From the NCBI RefSeq assembly GCF_003918875.1, contig NW_025767141.1, positions 434,001 to 498,000 of the forward strand: a stretch of DNA of 64,000 bases. The letters run 5' to 3'. A model generated the notes under the pieces. The model ran no database searches. It worked only from the letters and a program-made list of their open reading frames with translations, and had not been told where the DNA came from. How positions within the stretch are numbered: the stretch's first letter is position 1; every line of letters starts with the position of its first letter. Origin of the DNA: Haliotis rubra (Eukaryota). Below, piece after piece: positions 1 to 13,100 of the stretch. The translations under genes were made by a program, and so were the position numbers.

Positions 1-48
1 TGGAATATTGCTGAGTGCGGCGTAAAACTAAACTAACTCACTCACTCA
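1..48 (+). mobile_element. SINE family 1, 3' tail
   Basis: TGGAATATTGCTGAGTGCGGCGTAAAAC followed by (ACTC)n. Confidence 0.85.
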
Positions 49-1005
49 ATCACAAGTTGTTCGTATGTTTTTGCCTTGGACTGAGTCCTGTCTCCAAAAG
101 TTATAGGATATTTGTACAGATCGCTCCAAGGGACATTACTCTATGGGGTTCGTTTAAAATAATGTTCAGCCGGTAGAGGGCGCGAGAGTCGATTTAATGC
201 AACGTTGCATTAATTCATTCGAACTTATTTAATTAATATTGTAATCTAAATACGTAATTTTATTTGGAATAAATGATATGGCAGCTTCAATGAGGGTTGA
301 TAGTTAGTATTATTGAGAGAAATGCTTTATTTATTTTTAGAGAAGTGTGGTGTGAAATAGAGCCTTTAAACTGAGACACAATCCACCTTATTTTCTCGAT
401 CGCATGGAAATAAAAATTGTTGTCCTTTTGTTAATTCTAAGCATATATTTCAATATGTACAGCTGCACATAGTAAGAATGTAATCTCTCAGTAGAAATAT
501 GTAATTACCAGTACTTTAACAGTGACCTAGTTTTTTGGTTTATGAGAACGTTTAATAAAACAATTACTTACATATATTGTAAGCTTGTCATGTCAATACA
601 TCCCAAACGACAAAGGTGATGGTGTAAATCTTGCAGATGTACCATACTGATAGTTGAGGTACCCAAAGTCCCAGTTGTCCTCAATAACGTAGCCTATCTT
701 TGGTTGCTACAGGGAGACTATATAAGGTTGTAGAGTATCCCTGGTTGCTAGGACTCAGCAGTCGGACTTTCGTTACCCGATCTTATTATTTCACTCACGT
801 TGAAAGTTGAAATCTATGGTAGGTTTTCCGTGCCCTTAGATGACGGGTCTTTAGGAAATATCAATGTACAACAATTTCTGGCTAAAATGCAGCCCACATG
901 ACGTAAACTTGTAAATATTTGTTGGTTAACGCAACATGCAGCAATATTCCAGCTGTGTGACGTCCGATGACTGACGTCATGAGCATCAGTCTACACCCAG
1001 GTGGA

Positions 1006-1229
1006 GTGAGTGAGTGAGTTTAGTTTTACGCCGCGCTCAGCAATATTCCAGCTATATGGCGGCGGTCTGTAAATAATCGAGCTTGGACCAGACACTCCAG
1101 GGATAAACAGCATGAACATCAATACGCGGAATTGGGATACCATGACATGTGACCACCCGATCTCGTTAGTCGCCTCTTAGTACAAGCATTGGTTACTGAA
1201 GATCAATTCTAACCTGGACCTTCACGGGT
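1006..1229 (-). mobile_element. SINE family 1 (V-domain, RUDI-like), full length
   Basis: About 225-bp unit repeated more than 10 times in the window. Its consensus contains the V-domain-like CATGCTTGTCGTAAGAGGCGACTAA and an (ACTC)n tail. 14-bp TSD TACACCCAGGTGGA. Confidence 0.9.
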
Positions 1230-1339
1230 TACACCCAGGTGGAACGATGATCGCCTTTTACGACAATCACCGGTTTCTAGGGATCGACCTATCACGACAT
1301 TGTCGCCATATGTCAGAAGGGTTTCTGTTGTATACATAC

Positions 1340-4300
1340 AGTCAGAGTCGTAGCCCTGGAATGAAAACTTGAGTTCCGCCAAGGAGAATTCTTTGTCCTT
1401 ATCAAGATCGTTGTTGTCGAAGAGGTTTTGTGCTGTTACATTATACGGCCGTAAGTTAACACTGCAACGAAAGAACGTATTGTAGTCACGTATGTAGTCA
1501 TCGAAATGGAAAGTTAATGTCCTATCTTGTGGTATAAATTATAAGTGTGTGCCATATTTCAGACGTTTTATTGGTCGATTTCTAAATGTCAAAGTTACAT
1601 TGTAAACCAAAAGTCACTGTATTCTTTAATCTGATTGGTTGAAAAGCATGATCGAATGGTATTCGATTCCCGGAAATTGCAAGACCATTTGCTGCGTATT
1701 TTAAAATACATACAAACATCGAAAACGCCATTGTATTGTTCCGTCGTCAGCAGTTGTGACGTCATTCAAATCATATTGTGACGTAAAGTCGGAATGACGT
1801 CACAGATGAGCAGTTCCAGATGCTAAGCTGGTTCCCGGCTCCCTTTGCGCGCGCTAACGTTCGACAAAACTAGGAGCCGGTATAGGCTGCCATTTAAAAC
1901 GCTCTGCTCGTTTATTTGACGTCACATCCGGATTGGTCAATCTGGATTCCGTCGCGATGAAAGATCTGGGAATCATAAGACTTGAAAAGTGAACGTTGTG
2001 CGAGAATTGCGCTTATGTGGTCCTGGATCTGCGTATGGCTATAAAATTACATAGAAATGTAGAATATTAAGTTTCCTATCCGTTGGTATAAATATAAGTG
2101 CACCTACCTCGGCGGTTTGAGAAATAGACACTGTTAAATGTTGTCCAAAGTTTTGTTATGCGTTAAAAAGCAGTAAATTTTTCCGCTTTTGATTGTGTAT
2201 TGATGAAAGCACTGTGCTACGAATTTTTAATTTGGCATCGTTACGGAAAGTGTGAGCGAAGAAAATACAGCCTGATATCTGAACGACATAGGTATATATG
2301 AAATGGGTTTATGTGCTTATGCATAACGTTTTACGCTCAATCTTAAAAATGACTCGCAAGAAATGTCGAAAAGGGATTTGGTTCTATGACGTCAAACGAC
2401 GACAGAGAGGCCATACACGTATAAAGATAAGGGGTCATAACTCCGACATGCTTAACACTAGGTCAATGTAACTCAGAATACTTGGAGAGAATTTGTTGTC
2501 GATATGGACGCTATATTTTCGTTATGGTTTGTCTCACCATGAACCAAGCTATACTAATACAAAGTTCCACAATGTGAGCGGATATGTTTTGGTAGTTGCA
2601 CAATTCATAAGAAAAGATGACAAAGCACTACATGAGAAAGCACGTAATAGCGATTTGGATGGCCCTATCTGATATGTAATTTAGTTCTTAGGTTCCCATA
2701 TTCTCATGTTAGTGTAGATGTATTTTGTCTAATTTTGCATCATTATTAATAGAGTACTAGCCATATTTTCAAATGTAAAGAAATTACTGAAAATAAAACC
2801 ACTGGATGCGGAAGTATTTTGTGACGCAGTTTCATAGGATCTGAAAAGTGAACGTTGCATTAGATCTACGGTCCTCCGACTATAACATTATGTTCAGATG
2901 TAGAATACATTTAGATCTGCTGACACTTGTCTAAAGGTACGAGATTTTGTATACAACAATAACATTGTCAATTTCCTATTAAAAGTATGTTCAAACCAAC
3001 TAATTATCAAACGTTCATACATCTATAAACTACACAGTGTAAGATCTGAATTGTGATGATTTGTTTACATTTTAAACAAGTAGAGTTTGCTCCGCCTTCG
3101 TTTTCACACCTTATCTATATTGCTCAATTTCATATAACCATTTTGTAATGATGACAAGACCATATTGCTTAAAAAGCCTACCCATGTTGATTTAATATTT
3201 GGTGAAAATTGATGAACAAAGAGTTTGCCGCGGTGTTGATGCATCGCCTCAAAAGTTTTCTTGTTGCTGTACTAAAGTGTCTTCAGGACACATTCAGCAT
3301 TTTCTAAGTGAATAATTCAATACTTATATATCCCCACAAAATATTATAAATTCATTTTTCGACTTACTACTGATTTTGTGCCAGTGTTGGGCCTGTTGGC
3401 ACACGTACCAACTCTAACACATGTATAACTTTCTAACGTCATCCGCGAGGAATGTTTGGAATATTTGCAATACGAGATTTAATTTGTATGCGTGGCTCGA
3501 CCGATGTCCACATGTATAAATTACCTGCATATTTGTCTTGTTCATACATCAGATATGATTTTATTCGCTCACAGTTGTCTGACAAGCTTTTAGTAAAAAT
3601 CTTTGTCGCATATGGAATTAGGGTATGTATTTGAAAAGCGACAATCCTTTCACGCAAAAAAAGCGAATATTTACGTTTACTATTATTTCTCGTGAATATT
3701 GATATCAAATATGTACAATAACAGAAAGTAAGAATTTTGAAAAAGAAGTTTCCAAAAAATAAGAACAATTTATATTTTCAAAGGTCTTTCAAGCGCCTGC
3801 ATGGCCGATTTTTGAAAACGATACAAAATGTGTTTTTGACGTCTTCCGAAAAAGGACAGCGCGGCCGTCTAAAAATAGCAACCAATGGAAAATGACATAA
3901 CATTGTCAGCCATCGTGTCTTTGGCCTGTACCGGCTCGTATGTTGCGATATGCGAGACTGGGCCCAGCTTATTCCAGATGCTACCATGGGAGACAGCCGA
4001 CACGGCCGACTGATGACATTTCACTGCTGTACCCGTACTCATGTCAATGAATGCAGACATAAAAACGTGTGTGGGCATTTTGGTTTACGTTTGTGTTTAC
4101 AATGTCGATAAACATCATGTGTTGGCCAATATCATGTGCTGGCTAATGCCGTCGGTTCCAAATGAATTCCCGGGCTTCACTAACTCAATACCACCAGGAA
4201 ATTGGCCAACACACGATGTTTATCTCCTTAAATGAAATCTAGTAAATCGGTTTACAAGATTAACCTTAAACCTACATGGAACACATTTTGTGTGACGTAT

Positions 4301-5025
4301 CTAACCCGTTTGGCATTTTATACGTATGAAATTGGCTTCGACCTCACAACGCATTTGCAACATGTCCAACTCAATATCACAGTCGTAAGGGCATTTTATT
4401 GAATTCATCGGATTTGCGCTGTACAGCGAATATCTCAGGTAAGTGGCCGCTATACCGAAATAAATTGCCATTGTCGTGGAATTGTAAGAACTAGTAGACC
4501 AAAAGAGTGTTGTATGAACAATTGTTTACAAACAGAATTTACTGTTTATTTACTTAACAGTATCTCCTATGGTCTTGTTAGAAGGATCCACAAGAACCAC
4601 TTAGGTTTTCTCGAAAACATTTACAAACAGACCAGTTGAGAGAAAACAAATATATATTTTAAACACACATCGTCAAATGTGGCTTCTTGAACATGCACTT
4701 GTAAATTTTGAGTAAATGCTAGCTCGTATGTAACTTACGCCCAAAATCAGCTTCGATTTTGGCCATCATTTATAACAGTGTATGAAATAAGGTCTGCCCG
4801 ACAGCCCGAGACGGGCTGGATTTCTGACGGACGGTCTAAAGTTACAGCTAACGTTTTGAAGTTACCAGCCCTGATGTCTGGCTGGGTTTTTGGCTTATTT
4901 CATACACTGGTTATGATCACAACAATTGTTTGTAAGTAGGACATGACAATGTTCATTGTTGTTTTTACTTACTCGGCAAGAGATAGAGAGACTCCAAGTA
5001 GAAGGAAAACAACCAAGGCGTACAT
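1340..5025 (-). CDS. Secreted EF-hand calcium-binding protein, paralogue C (first two exons; remainder presumably beyond the window start)
   Basis: Exon 1 5025-4973 (MYALVVFLLLGVSLSLA, signal-peptide-like, phase-2 GTAAGT donor). Exon 2 1461-1340 (D-VNLRPYNVTAQNLFDNNDLDKDKEFSLAELKFSFQGYDSD, AG/GT bounded). Same phases as, and clear similarity to, the paralogue at 10107-15028. Confidence 0.85.
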
Positions 5026-5699
5026 ATCGATGTAGAAAGTCTACAAAGAAACCAAAAACGCGAATACAACGTCACATACTCGACTGGAAAGGGGTGTCAA
5101 ATTTGAAAATTCTCCCTGAATAAAATTGGGATGTTTATTTGTGTGAAATATGGACCTTGATAGGAGAAGTCCCTTTAAGAATTAATAATCTAAAAACACA
5201 TTAATCTGAAGTATAGTGTCTGTCTTATGTAATTTCAGTACTTACCTAGCTTTTCCGATATTTGTCGTAGTCTGATATAACACAATGCCGTCCAAACTAT
5301 ATATCTTGACCTAGACGGAACAATCTTTAGATTAGGTTCCAAACCTTGTCTTTTTTAAATTTTAATTTCATATGCACGACCTTACCTTGTGTAGAAGATG
5401 TGCACCTAGACTTAGTATGGTTAATGTCATAATGCTTTGATAACTCCATTACTGAAATACAGAATTCTAAACCAGATTTCAAAAGCAACAATTCTGCATA
5501 CATGGATATGTTTCGGTGAGACAATGAAAGACATTACATATTTCTGGGACATTGGGCAGCTTATCATCAGATGACAGCTCTGTTCAAGTAATTGCAACGA
5601 GGTTCTGTGACCATTTTCTCGTCAGTTCAGAGGTTTGTTGTTATGTTTTAAAGCCACTGATTGGACAATTATCATCGATGGGACATTTTGATGGGGAAT

Positions 5700-6660
5700 C
5701 TGGGTCATTTGCTACACGGTTTAATCGGTCAGTCTGTGACGCAATAATACCAAGGAAGCTCCAGGTCGTGCCAGAAGGTCCAACAAATTGTCAGTGGGAT
5801 TGAATTCTGGAGGTATAGCTGTATAAATCAGAACAGGAATGTTTCCATTCCTAAAAGATTTTTATTATGTGTGGACTAGCATTATCATGTGGAAATTGAA
5901 GATACTGTAAAGGTTAACCCCGACTTACATCAAAACACTGTTGGAAGAGTGCATGAGAATGTTTGCACACAAAGTTATGGCTATCTGTTATCACAAGAAA
6001 GCAGCTTGATTTCGACACGAAACCCAGTTTTGTATCAGTGACGCAACTACCTTGCGCTCTGTCGCCATGTCCACTCCACCTTGAAGCGTTTGTCATCAGC
6101 AGTCGCCATTTTCAAAACTCCGATTCACTCACTCACTTTAAACAGATAATGTAATTCGTCTGGAATGCTGCCCAGATCATAACACATGATCTCTCTTCTG
6201 TACAAAACTTCAACATCCGGTCTGCAGTAAATTATGGTTACATGTTCTCAATTCTGAGACTTGGATATGCATATTTTCATTAAAATGTATCTCCTAAATC
6301 CAGTTAATCCTGAAAATGAGTGAATGAGTGTCACCCTCAGATGGTATCCTTGTCACTGGATAATATCTATCTGGGTGAGTGAGTTTAGTTTTACGCCATA
6401 CTCTGCAATATTCCAGCTATATGGCGGCGGTCAGTAAATAATCGAGTCTGGACCAGACAATCAGTGATCAACAGCATGAGCATCGATCTGCGCAATTGGG
6501 AACCGATGACATGTGTCAACCAAGTCAGCGAGTCTAACCACCCGATCCCGTTAGTCGCCTCTTACGACAAGCATGGGTTATCTGAAAATGAGCTCCAAAT
6601 GATGACCTCCTCGCACGAGCCAACTGAGAACAATATGCACTACATGCATTAGCGGTCGTT
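5700..6660 (-). mobile_element. Highly degraded Tc1-like transposase relic interrupted by a SINE
   Basis: Minus-strand fragments VMIWAAF (about 6165-6185), HDNASPH (about 5870-5890) and PAIPPEFNPTDNLLDLL (about 5770-5820) echo Tc1 DDE motifs. Boundaries approximate. Confidence 0.6.
6321..6581 (-). mobile_element. SINE family 1 with a 3' extension
   Basis: Family-1 body at 6375-6581 plus about 45 bp of extra tail; flanking direct repeat CTGAAAATGAG. Confidence 0.88.
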
Positions 6661-7250
6661 TTCCTGTTCGATGTTTTTCCCTATGTGTGTGTGTTATATT
6701 TATGTGGCTTACAATTGAAGTAAGGTTTTTAAAAGGTTTCATAACATATCGAAACATACAAACTTACTATCAATGGATTGAATAACTCTATAATTCCTTA
6801 TGCATCGTGCCTCGTCTGTTTAAAAATGACGTTCTTTCATGAAAGATCATAATATACATAAGGCATGAGTACTCAGTGAATAAAAGCTTTTCATGGCGAC
6901 TAGTATGGTGTCCTATGACCGGGGATAGCTAATGTACGTAGCACCGTGAGCAGGCAACGTGCCTGGATATGAGCGCCATATACGCGGACTATTATTACAA
7001 GTTAATCTCGCATAGGATTTAATTCAGCCACACAGTGACGGGATCAAGTTTGCAGATATATATAAGATCGTTATGCGAAGTTTCATTTGAAAGGAATTTC
7101 TTTACTATGCACATTTCAGCAATACAATAGTATATACAATGTATTACACCATATTTCAAAAACAAGCAAGTTGTTAAACATATTTGCAATTTATGATAGA
7201 TTCCAATAGGAAAAGGAATGGGTTGCCTTCATAACACTAAGGGCCTTAGA

Positions 7251-7834
7251 NNNNNNNNNNNNNNNNNNNNNNNNNNNNNNNNNNNNNNNNNNNNNNNNNN
7301 NNNNNNNNNNNNNNNNNNNNNNNNNNNNNNNNNNNNNNNNNNNNNNNNNNNNNNNNNNNNNNNNNNNNNNNNNNNNNNNNNNNNNNNNNNNNNNNNNNNN
7401 NNNNNNNNNNNNNNNNNNNNNNNNNNNNNNNNNNNNNNNNNNNNNNNNNNNNNNNNNNNNNNNNNNNNNNNNNNNNNNNNNNNNNNNNNNNNNNNNNNNN
7501 NNNNNNNNNNNNNNNNNNNNNNNNNNNNNNNNNNNNNNNNNNNNNNNNNNNNNNNNNNNNNNNNNNNNNNNNNNNNNNNNNNNNNNNNNNNNNNNNNNNN
7601 NNNNNNNNNNNNNNNNNNNNNNNNNNNNNNNNNNNNNNNNNNNNNNNNNNNNNNNNNNNNNNNNNNNNNNNNNNNNNNNNNNNNNNNNNNNNNNNNNNNN
7701 NNNNNNNNNNNNNNNNNNNNNNNNNNNNNNNNNNNNNNNNNNNNNNNNNNNNNNNNNNNNNNNNNNNNNNNNNNNNNNNNNNNNNNNNNNNNNNNNNNNN
7801 NNNNNNNNNNNNNNNNNNNNNNNNNNNNNNNNNN
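7251..7834. other. Assembly gap (584 N)
   Basis: Run of n characters. Confidence 1.
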
Positions 7835-9950
7835 TGACAAAGTCCCTTGGGACCTTTTCAGTATTGAGGAAATACTAATACTTCATGTTATGCAACATCC
7901 TTCTTGGTGTGTCAGTACAACCATGAACATTTTCTTCATGAGTGCAGTGGTAATATACGCCCACATACTCTATCTCAGTATCTGCACATACAATATTGCA
8001 GCAAAAGGATAGTTCATTTATGTAAATGATTTTATTTACATTTCCAAAGTTTACACAACAAAGAAAATATTGAAATGAACATGAAAATATAAATGTCATT
8101 CTGTTACGATTATAGTTCCTTTCCATAAGAAAAATCGAAAATGAGTTATCCAGTCGTACTCGAAGCATTCCTTTCATTACATATTAGGGTGATGGTGTCA
8201 GATGCAGAGATTAGTGATTGTGTAGTTGGTATGATTGAAGCTATGTATGTTTTCTTATCGTGACGAATTTTCAGTTCACTCAGTCATCTTTCAACTTGCT
8301 TTACTTGTCCAGATGTCTGCTGTCGCACGACGTTAGGAAAACCATACTTGTACCTCGACAATCAATTCTGTCAACGTGACCATGTGATAAGGCGGCAACA
8401 TGTCTAGTCTTATCTTACAGGTCAGGGTGAAAATAGAAACACAGCTGTTTGACATTAGTGACATGGACGTACTCCTACGGAATCCTAAAAAGGACACTGT
8501 CGCGTTTTCGCCCACTGGTAGAAATAACAAATACTATTTAAAGCGCGACAATGCGAGTATGCGCCAAATGGACACTATGACGCGTTGTCGCACGTTTGTT
8601 AATTCTGACACTTCTCAATTGCTTTTGTAAGGGCGACAGTGTTCCTTCAAGGGTTCCATATACTACCTCTCGGTTTTCATCATATCTTCTGCCATATCAG
8701 GCAAATATATACTGAGGGAAACAAATAAGGGACCACATGAAAGTACAAGTGTTCCCGTATTTTGTTCCCGGTTTCTTTCAAGTGTTATTGCTTATAGAAC
8801 CGTGTTGCAATTTATTACATTGCTTCTGTTATGGTTCAGTAGAGGACAGTGGTGTGTTTGTTGCTATATTTAGACTGAGAATCGGGACTGATTTTGACAG
8901 ATACAGACAGATTTCTGGTTAACGTATTGTTCCAACTTGGAAATAACATCAAACAGATATGGCATACTGTATGAAACCAAATCCTTGAGTGCATTTCTTG
9001 TATATGCGTGTCTCTTTTAACCGCAATACTAAATCATATCTAAATAATCCGAGCTTCATAATTCCCAATATTCAGATTCGGTAAACATGGTGTTATTTGC
9101 ACGGCTTCAATCTACAATCATATAGTTTAACCACCTCAAATCCTTGATGAAAAAATGTACAGTGATTCCCCATGGCCCGGGAATCAGTGTTACCGGGATC
9201 TTTCCTCACACAGTGTCCGGTCGATGTACGAACATACATTCAGATGAATTTCATTGATATTACTACATTTCTATTTGTCTGATACCATTCTCCTCACGAA
9301 GGTTTTTTTCAAAACGTATCAAACGAGCGAAACCCTATTGTTTGTGTGTGTTCCCATGATCATAGTGGCGCATTAATACAAAACACAACGGTCATTGGTG
9401 ACTTCATCCGGTCAACTGCTTACCTAGTTGGATCTTCTACACAAACGTTTCTTTCATTCTGTGACGAACGTGATAATGAAAACTAGATACCTTACCCAAC
9501 AACATATATACACACTCTCAGACTAAACAGTTAAAGTATAGAAGAAATGACTTCGAAGAATGACTCTCTTATCAATACACTGAAGTCAGGGAAATACAAA
9601 CAAACTTTATGGGTAACAACTTCTGCAATTCGTGAGTGTTTCTGTACAGGTTCTTGTAGCGTTGTCAAGAAACCCTTAAGTTGTTATCCATAACGTTTGT
9701 CTGTATTGCACTTCCCAGCTTCTAAAATGTCACTCAAAGAAGTCACGAAGTAGTCCGTTCTAATCTGACCTCAGGTCATCACCATGGAGTAGCCAATCGC
9801 TAACCTGGAATTCGATCTCACTCATATGATTAACACAGTTATCTCGCATGGCTTACTCGTCCACAGATGTGCAAGAAAATACTATCACAGATGACAACAC
9901 GGAATATAGAGGGTAACACGTTCAATTGTTAGTTAAATGTCGAAACAGCA

Positions 9951-10086
9951 TCTTCATGGAGATATACACTTGTTTATCTTCATGGAGATGTACACTTGTT
10001 TATCTTCATGGAGATATACACTTGTTTACAAAATTTGTAAACAAGTGTATATACACTTGTTTATCTTCATGGAGATATACACTTGC
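9951..10086. repeat. 26-bp tandem repeat with an embedded inverted copy
   Basis: TCTTCATGGAGATATACACTTGTTTA, about 4-5 units; 18-bp perfect hairpin at 10015-10051. Confidence 0.9.
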
Positions 10087-10106
10087 TCACAAATGGAATT
10101 TCATCA

Positions 10107-13100
10107 TCATGGATGGTGAAGATGATCCAGGGCTTCCAGTGTCTGAAAATTACAAAATCATCGAATTACAGTATATATTAATGACGGTAAATTGTCAATT
10201 GTATCATGCCTTTTATTGCAGTATAGCAACCCACTAAACGTAGGATCGGTTTGTCTGGCTTGGTGAGTCGTACGGCGATTAGGAAGATCGCTTCTTACTC
10301 TTCCAGAAATCAACTTTACGGGCGACCATGAATAGTAAGTTGGAATGAGACTGCTGTGGAGTCAAACACCATTCACTCGTTCACTCTGATAAATGTTATC
10401 TACATCATCGTGACATCGCTAATTAATTTAACACCGCTTGAGAAAATCGGCAGATTAGCAGTACTGACATAAATGACAACTACCGTGACAGTGGGGAAAC
10501 GCTGATAATTCATTGGCAAGTAACGCATAGTGCCAAACCTACTGTTAAACTCAGCTGTACTGCCCTTAAGAGACTCACATTCAGTGTTCGTGTTCTCGCA
10601 GAGGAGACTGTAACATGTGTACATTAACATGTGTCACACTTCTATTTCTGTAGAAGTCGCGGTGGCTGAGTGGGTTACGTCGCTGATTTGGTTCCCTGGA
10701 CCCCGATCCACAAAGCGTTCATAAAGTTACGACCATATTTTATCATAAACTTACGAATGTCGTACGGACGCATTGTGAATCAGGACCCTGGCTATTATGT
10801 GCCTTGCTCTTGGGTTGTGGGTTCGAATCCTGGATGGGACTCAGCCCTTCAAAGAGGGACAAGGTCTGCGCTTTACTGAAAATGTGAAGTCACAAATATA
10901 ACCCATTTTACAATTGTTTCGGGGGTTGATTATTTAAACAGTACTTCCTGAACTTCAACTTACCACTGTCCACCAATGTATATATTCTTTCTCGCTCACA
11001 CGCCCATTTTCTGCAACAAGAGAACACTTTGTTCGTTGGCATTCACTATTACTGTCAGAGACATTTTATACACTTGTTAAATCATTGTATTTCAACATAA
11101 GGAATGGCGAGGGTTACATAACTATGCTGTACATAACAAATCAGAACGCAATAAGATACAAAATTTGGTAATGGGAATTGGACTTGGTGATATTGTGCAT
11201 CACCAAGTGAGCTGTCTTCCATGCTGACTTCAGCATGATTTATTTATACGAGAGCGTTTCAGCCAAATATGGAGGAAGCCACGAGATACATGTCTTTGGC
11301 GAAACCATTCGTCACCCAGTTGTGTTATTCCGGGACAAGACGAATACCGAAGCCCACTCTGGAAGTATAGTATCATTTTGGCGTATAACCATTGGATCTA
11401 CTTCAAACAAAAACGACAACTCTATTTCTGTTTAATTATATCAGACAATCTAAAAAGATATTAACCTGTTTTAAACAATAATTTTGATAATGATGATGAT
11501 GATTTATTGAAAACATGTTTAACATAATTATTACCAGCTGTTCTTATATTCTAAATGTATACTTCAGAATACGTTTTAACAATTGCTAATATGATTTTTA
11601 TTCATGAATATGCAATTAAATAATATTGTATTTTATAAGTCCCGAAATATATGCTCAAAATAAGTTTAAAATAATCTCAAACCTGAGAATACCTACAGAG
11701 TCAAAACATTATTTAGTGTACTAGATGTCATAACGTGCATGTACATAACCCTGCTGCAATAAACCTGGTGAAATTCAAAATGAATACGCTGAAAAAAAGT
11801 ATGAAGGACCCTTAGGAACGTCCGACAAGCATAGCCCCAGTGAAGTGAAATGTAAGCACGGTGCAAGTGTTTAAGATTAAAGTTGATTTAGTTATAGATA
11901 CATATATTGTTTTGAAACTCGTACCTACATTTCCTAACAATGATTAGTTTTTCTGATTAGCGCATTCTGATTAGTTTGTTGTATTTTCGCACATAACATT
12001 CATCGATAGGGGGACGAGTCTTCTTGGAGGTTACGGAAAGGGCCCAGTGGTGACGAATGTGGCGAAACCCATGAATACGGGTATGGTTTCCATACAATGG
12101 CCACACGATCCTTGCACGCAAGGGACGCCACGTGCACTGTGCGGTGCTTTGACGATAAGGACACACAATGCTTTTATCAAATTTTAATTTTGAATTAGTT
12201 AAATCTTCCTTAACCGCCTTTTAAACTTAATTCCGAAATCAAAAGAGCAAGAGGGATATTATCGGAAATATTTGATAGTTACCGTTTCTGTTCATCTTCT
12301 TTCAACAAGGTAACTCTGTTGCTTTGACGAGAAGGCCACACAGTGAGAAATAAATACAGCAATGCTTTTAATAAATAATCGTTTAACATTCATTAAATCT
12401 TTGTTTAGCTAGTTTTAAATTTATTTTTAGTTTAAAACTAAGTGCAAGGGGTAAATTATTGAAATATTTAATAGTTACCGTTGGTGTCCATCAGTTTGTA
12501 CAAGGCATTGAAATCATAGAGGGTAAGTACATCATCCTTGTCTGAATCATAAATATCGTAGAGCGCATGCGTCAAGGCGAACATTTCCGGATTAAGGTGA
12601 GCTGTGAATGTGGTGTACTCCGTCCTCGACACAACACCATCATCTGAAACATAGGACGGAGTCAGTGACCTACACCTGACGCCGCTAACAGTTTTACCAA
12701 CGTGTAACTCCCAGGAAGAGTGAGAGAGATTAGTTTTACGCCGCACTGAGCAATATTCCAACTATATGTCGGATGTCTGTAAATAATGACGTCTGGACCA
12801 GGCAACCCAGTGATCAACATCATGAGCATCGTATAGGGTTGAGATTGAAGATGAATTTGATCGACTGTTGATTTGTTGATTTGAGTCTGGACCAGACAAT
12901 CTAGTGATAGACATCATGATAGACAGCATGAGCATCGATCTATTCTGATACGATGATATGTGTCAACCAAATCAGCGAGCCTGACCACCCGATCCCGTTA
13001 GTCGCCTCTTAAGACAAGCATGGGTTACTGAAGACCAATTCTAACCCGGATCTTACGGGTACAGGAAGAGAGACATGAGTACACATTTAACGCTGTTGAA

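Noticed and set aside
1600-4873. Probable DNA-transposon sequence in intron 1 of paralogue C (CAGCCCTG hAT-like end at about 4873; internal repeats at about 1985 and 2843)
   Set aside because: No matching left TIR, TSD or transposase could be identified.
7218-8012. Long ORFs of 264 and 203 aa
   Set aside because: Artefacts of translating through the N gap.
9951-10086. CRISPR-like appearance of the 26-bp repeats (also 34438-34575)
   Set aside because: No unique spacers, no cas genes, eukaryotic context.
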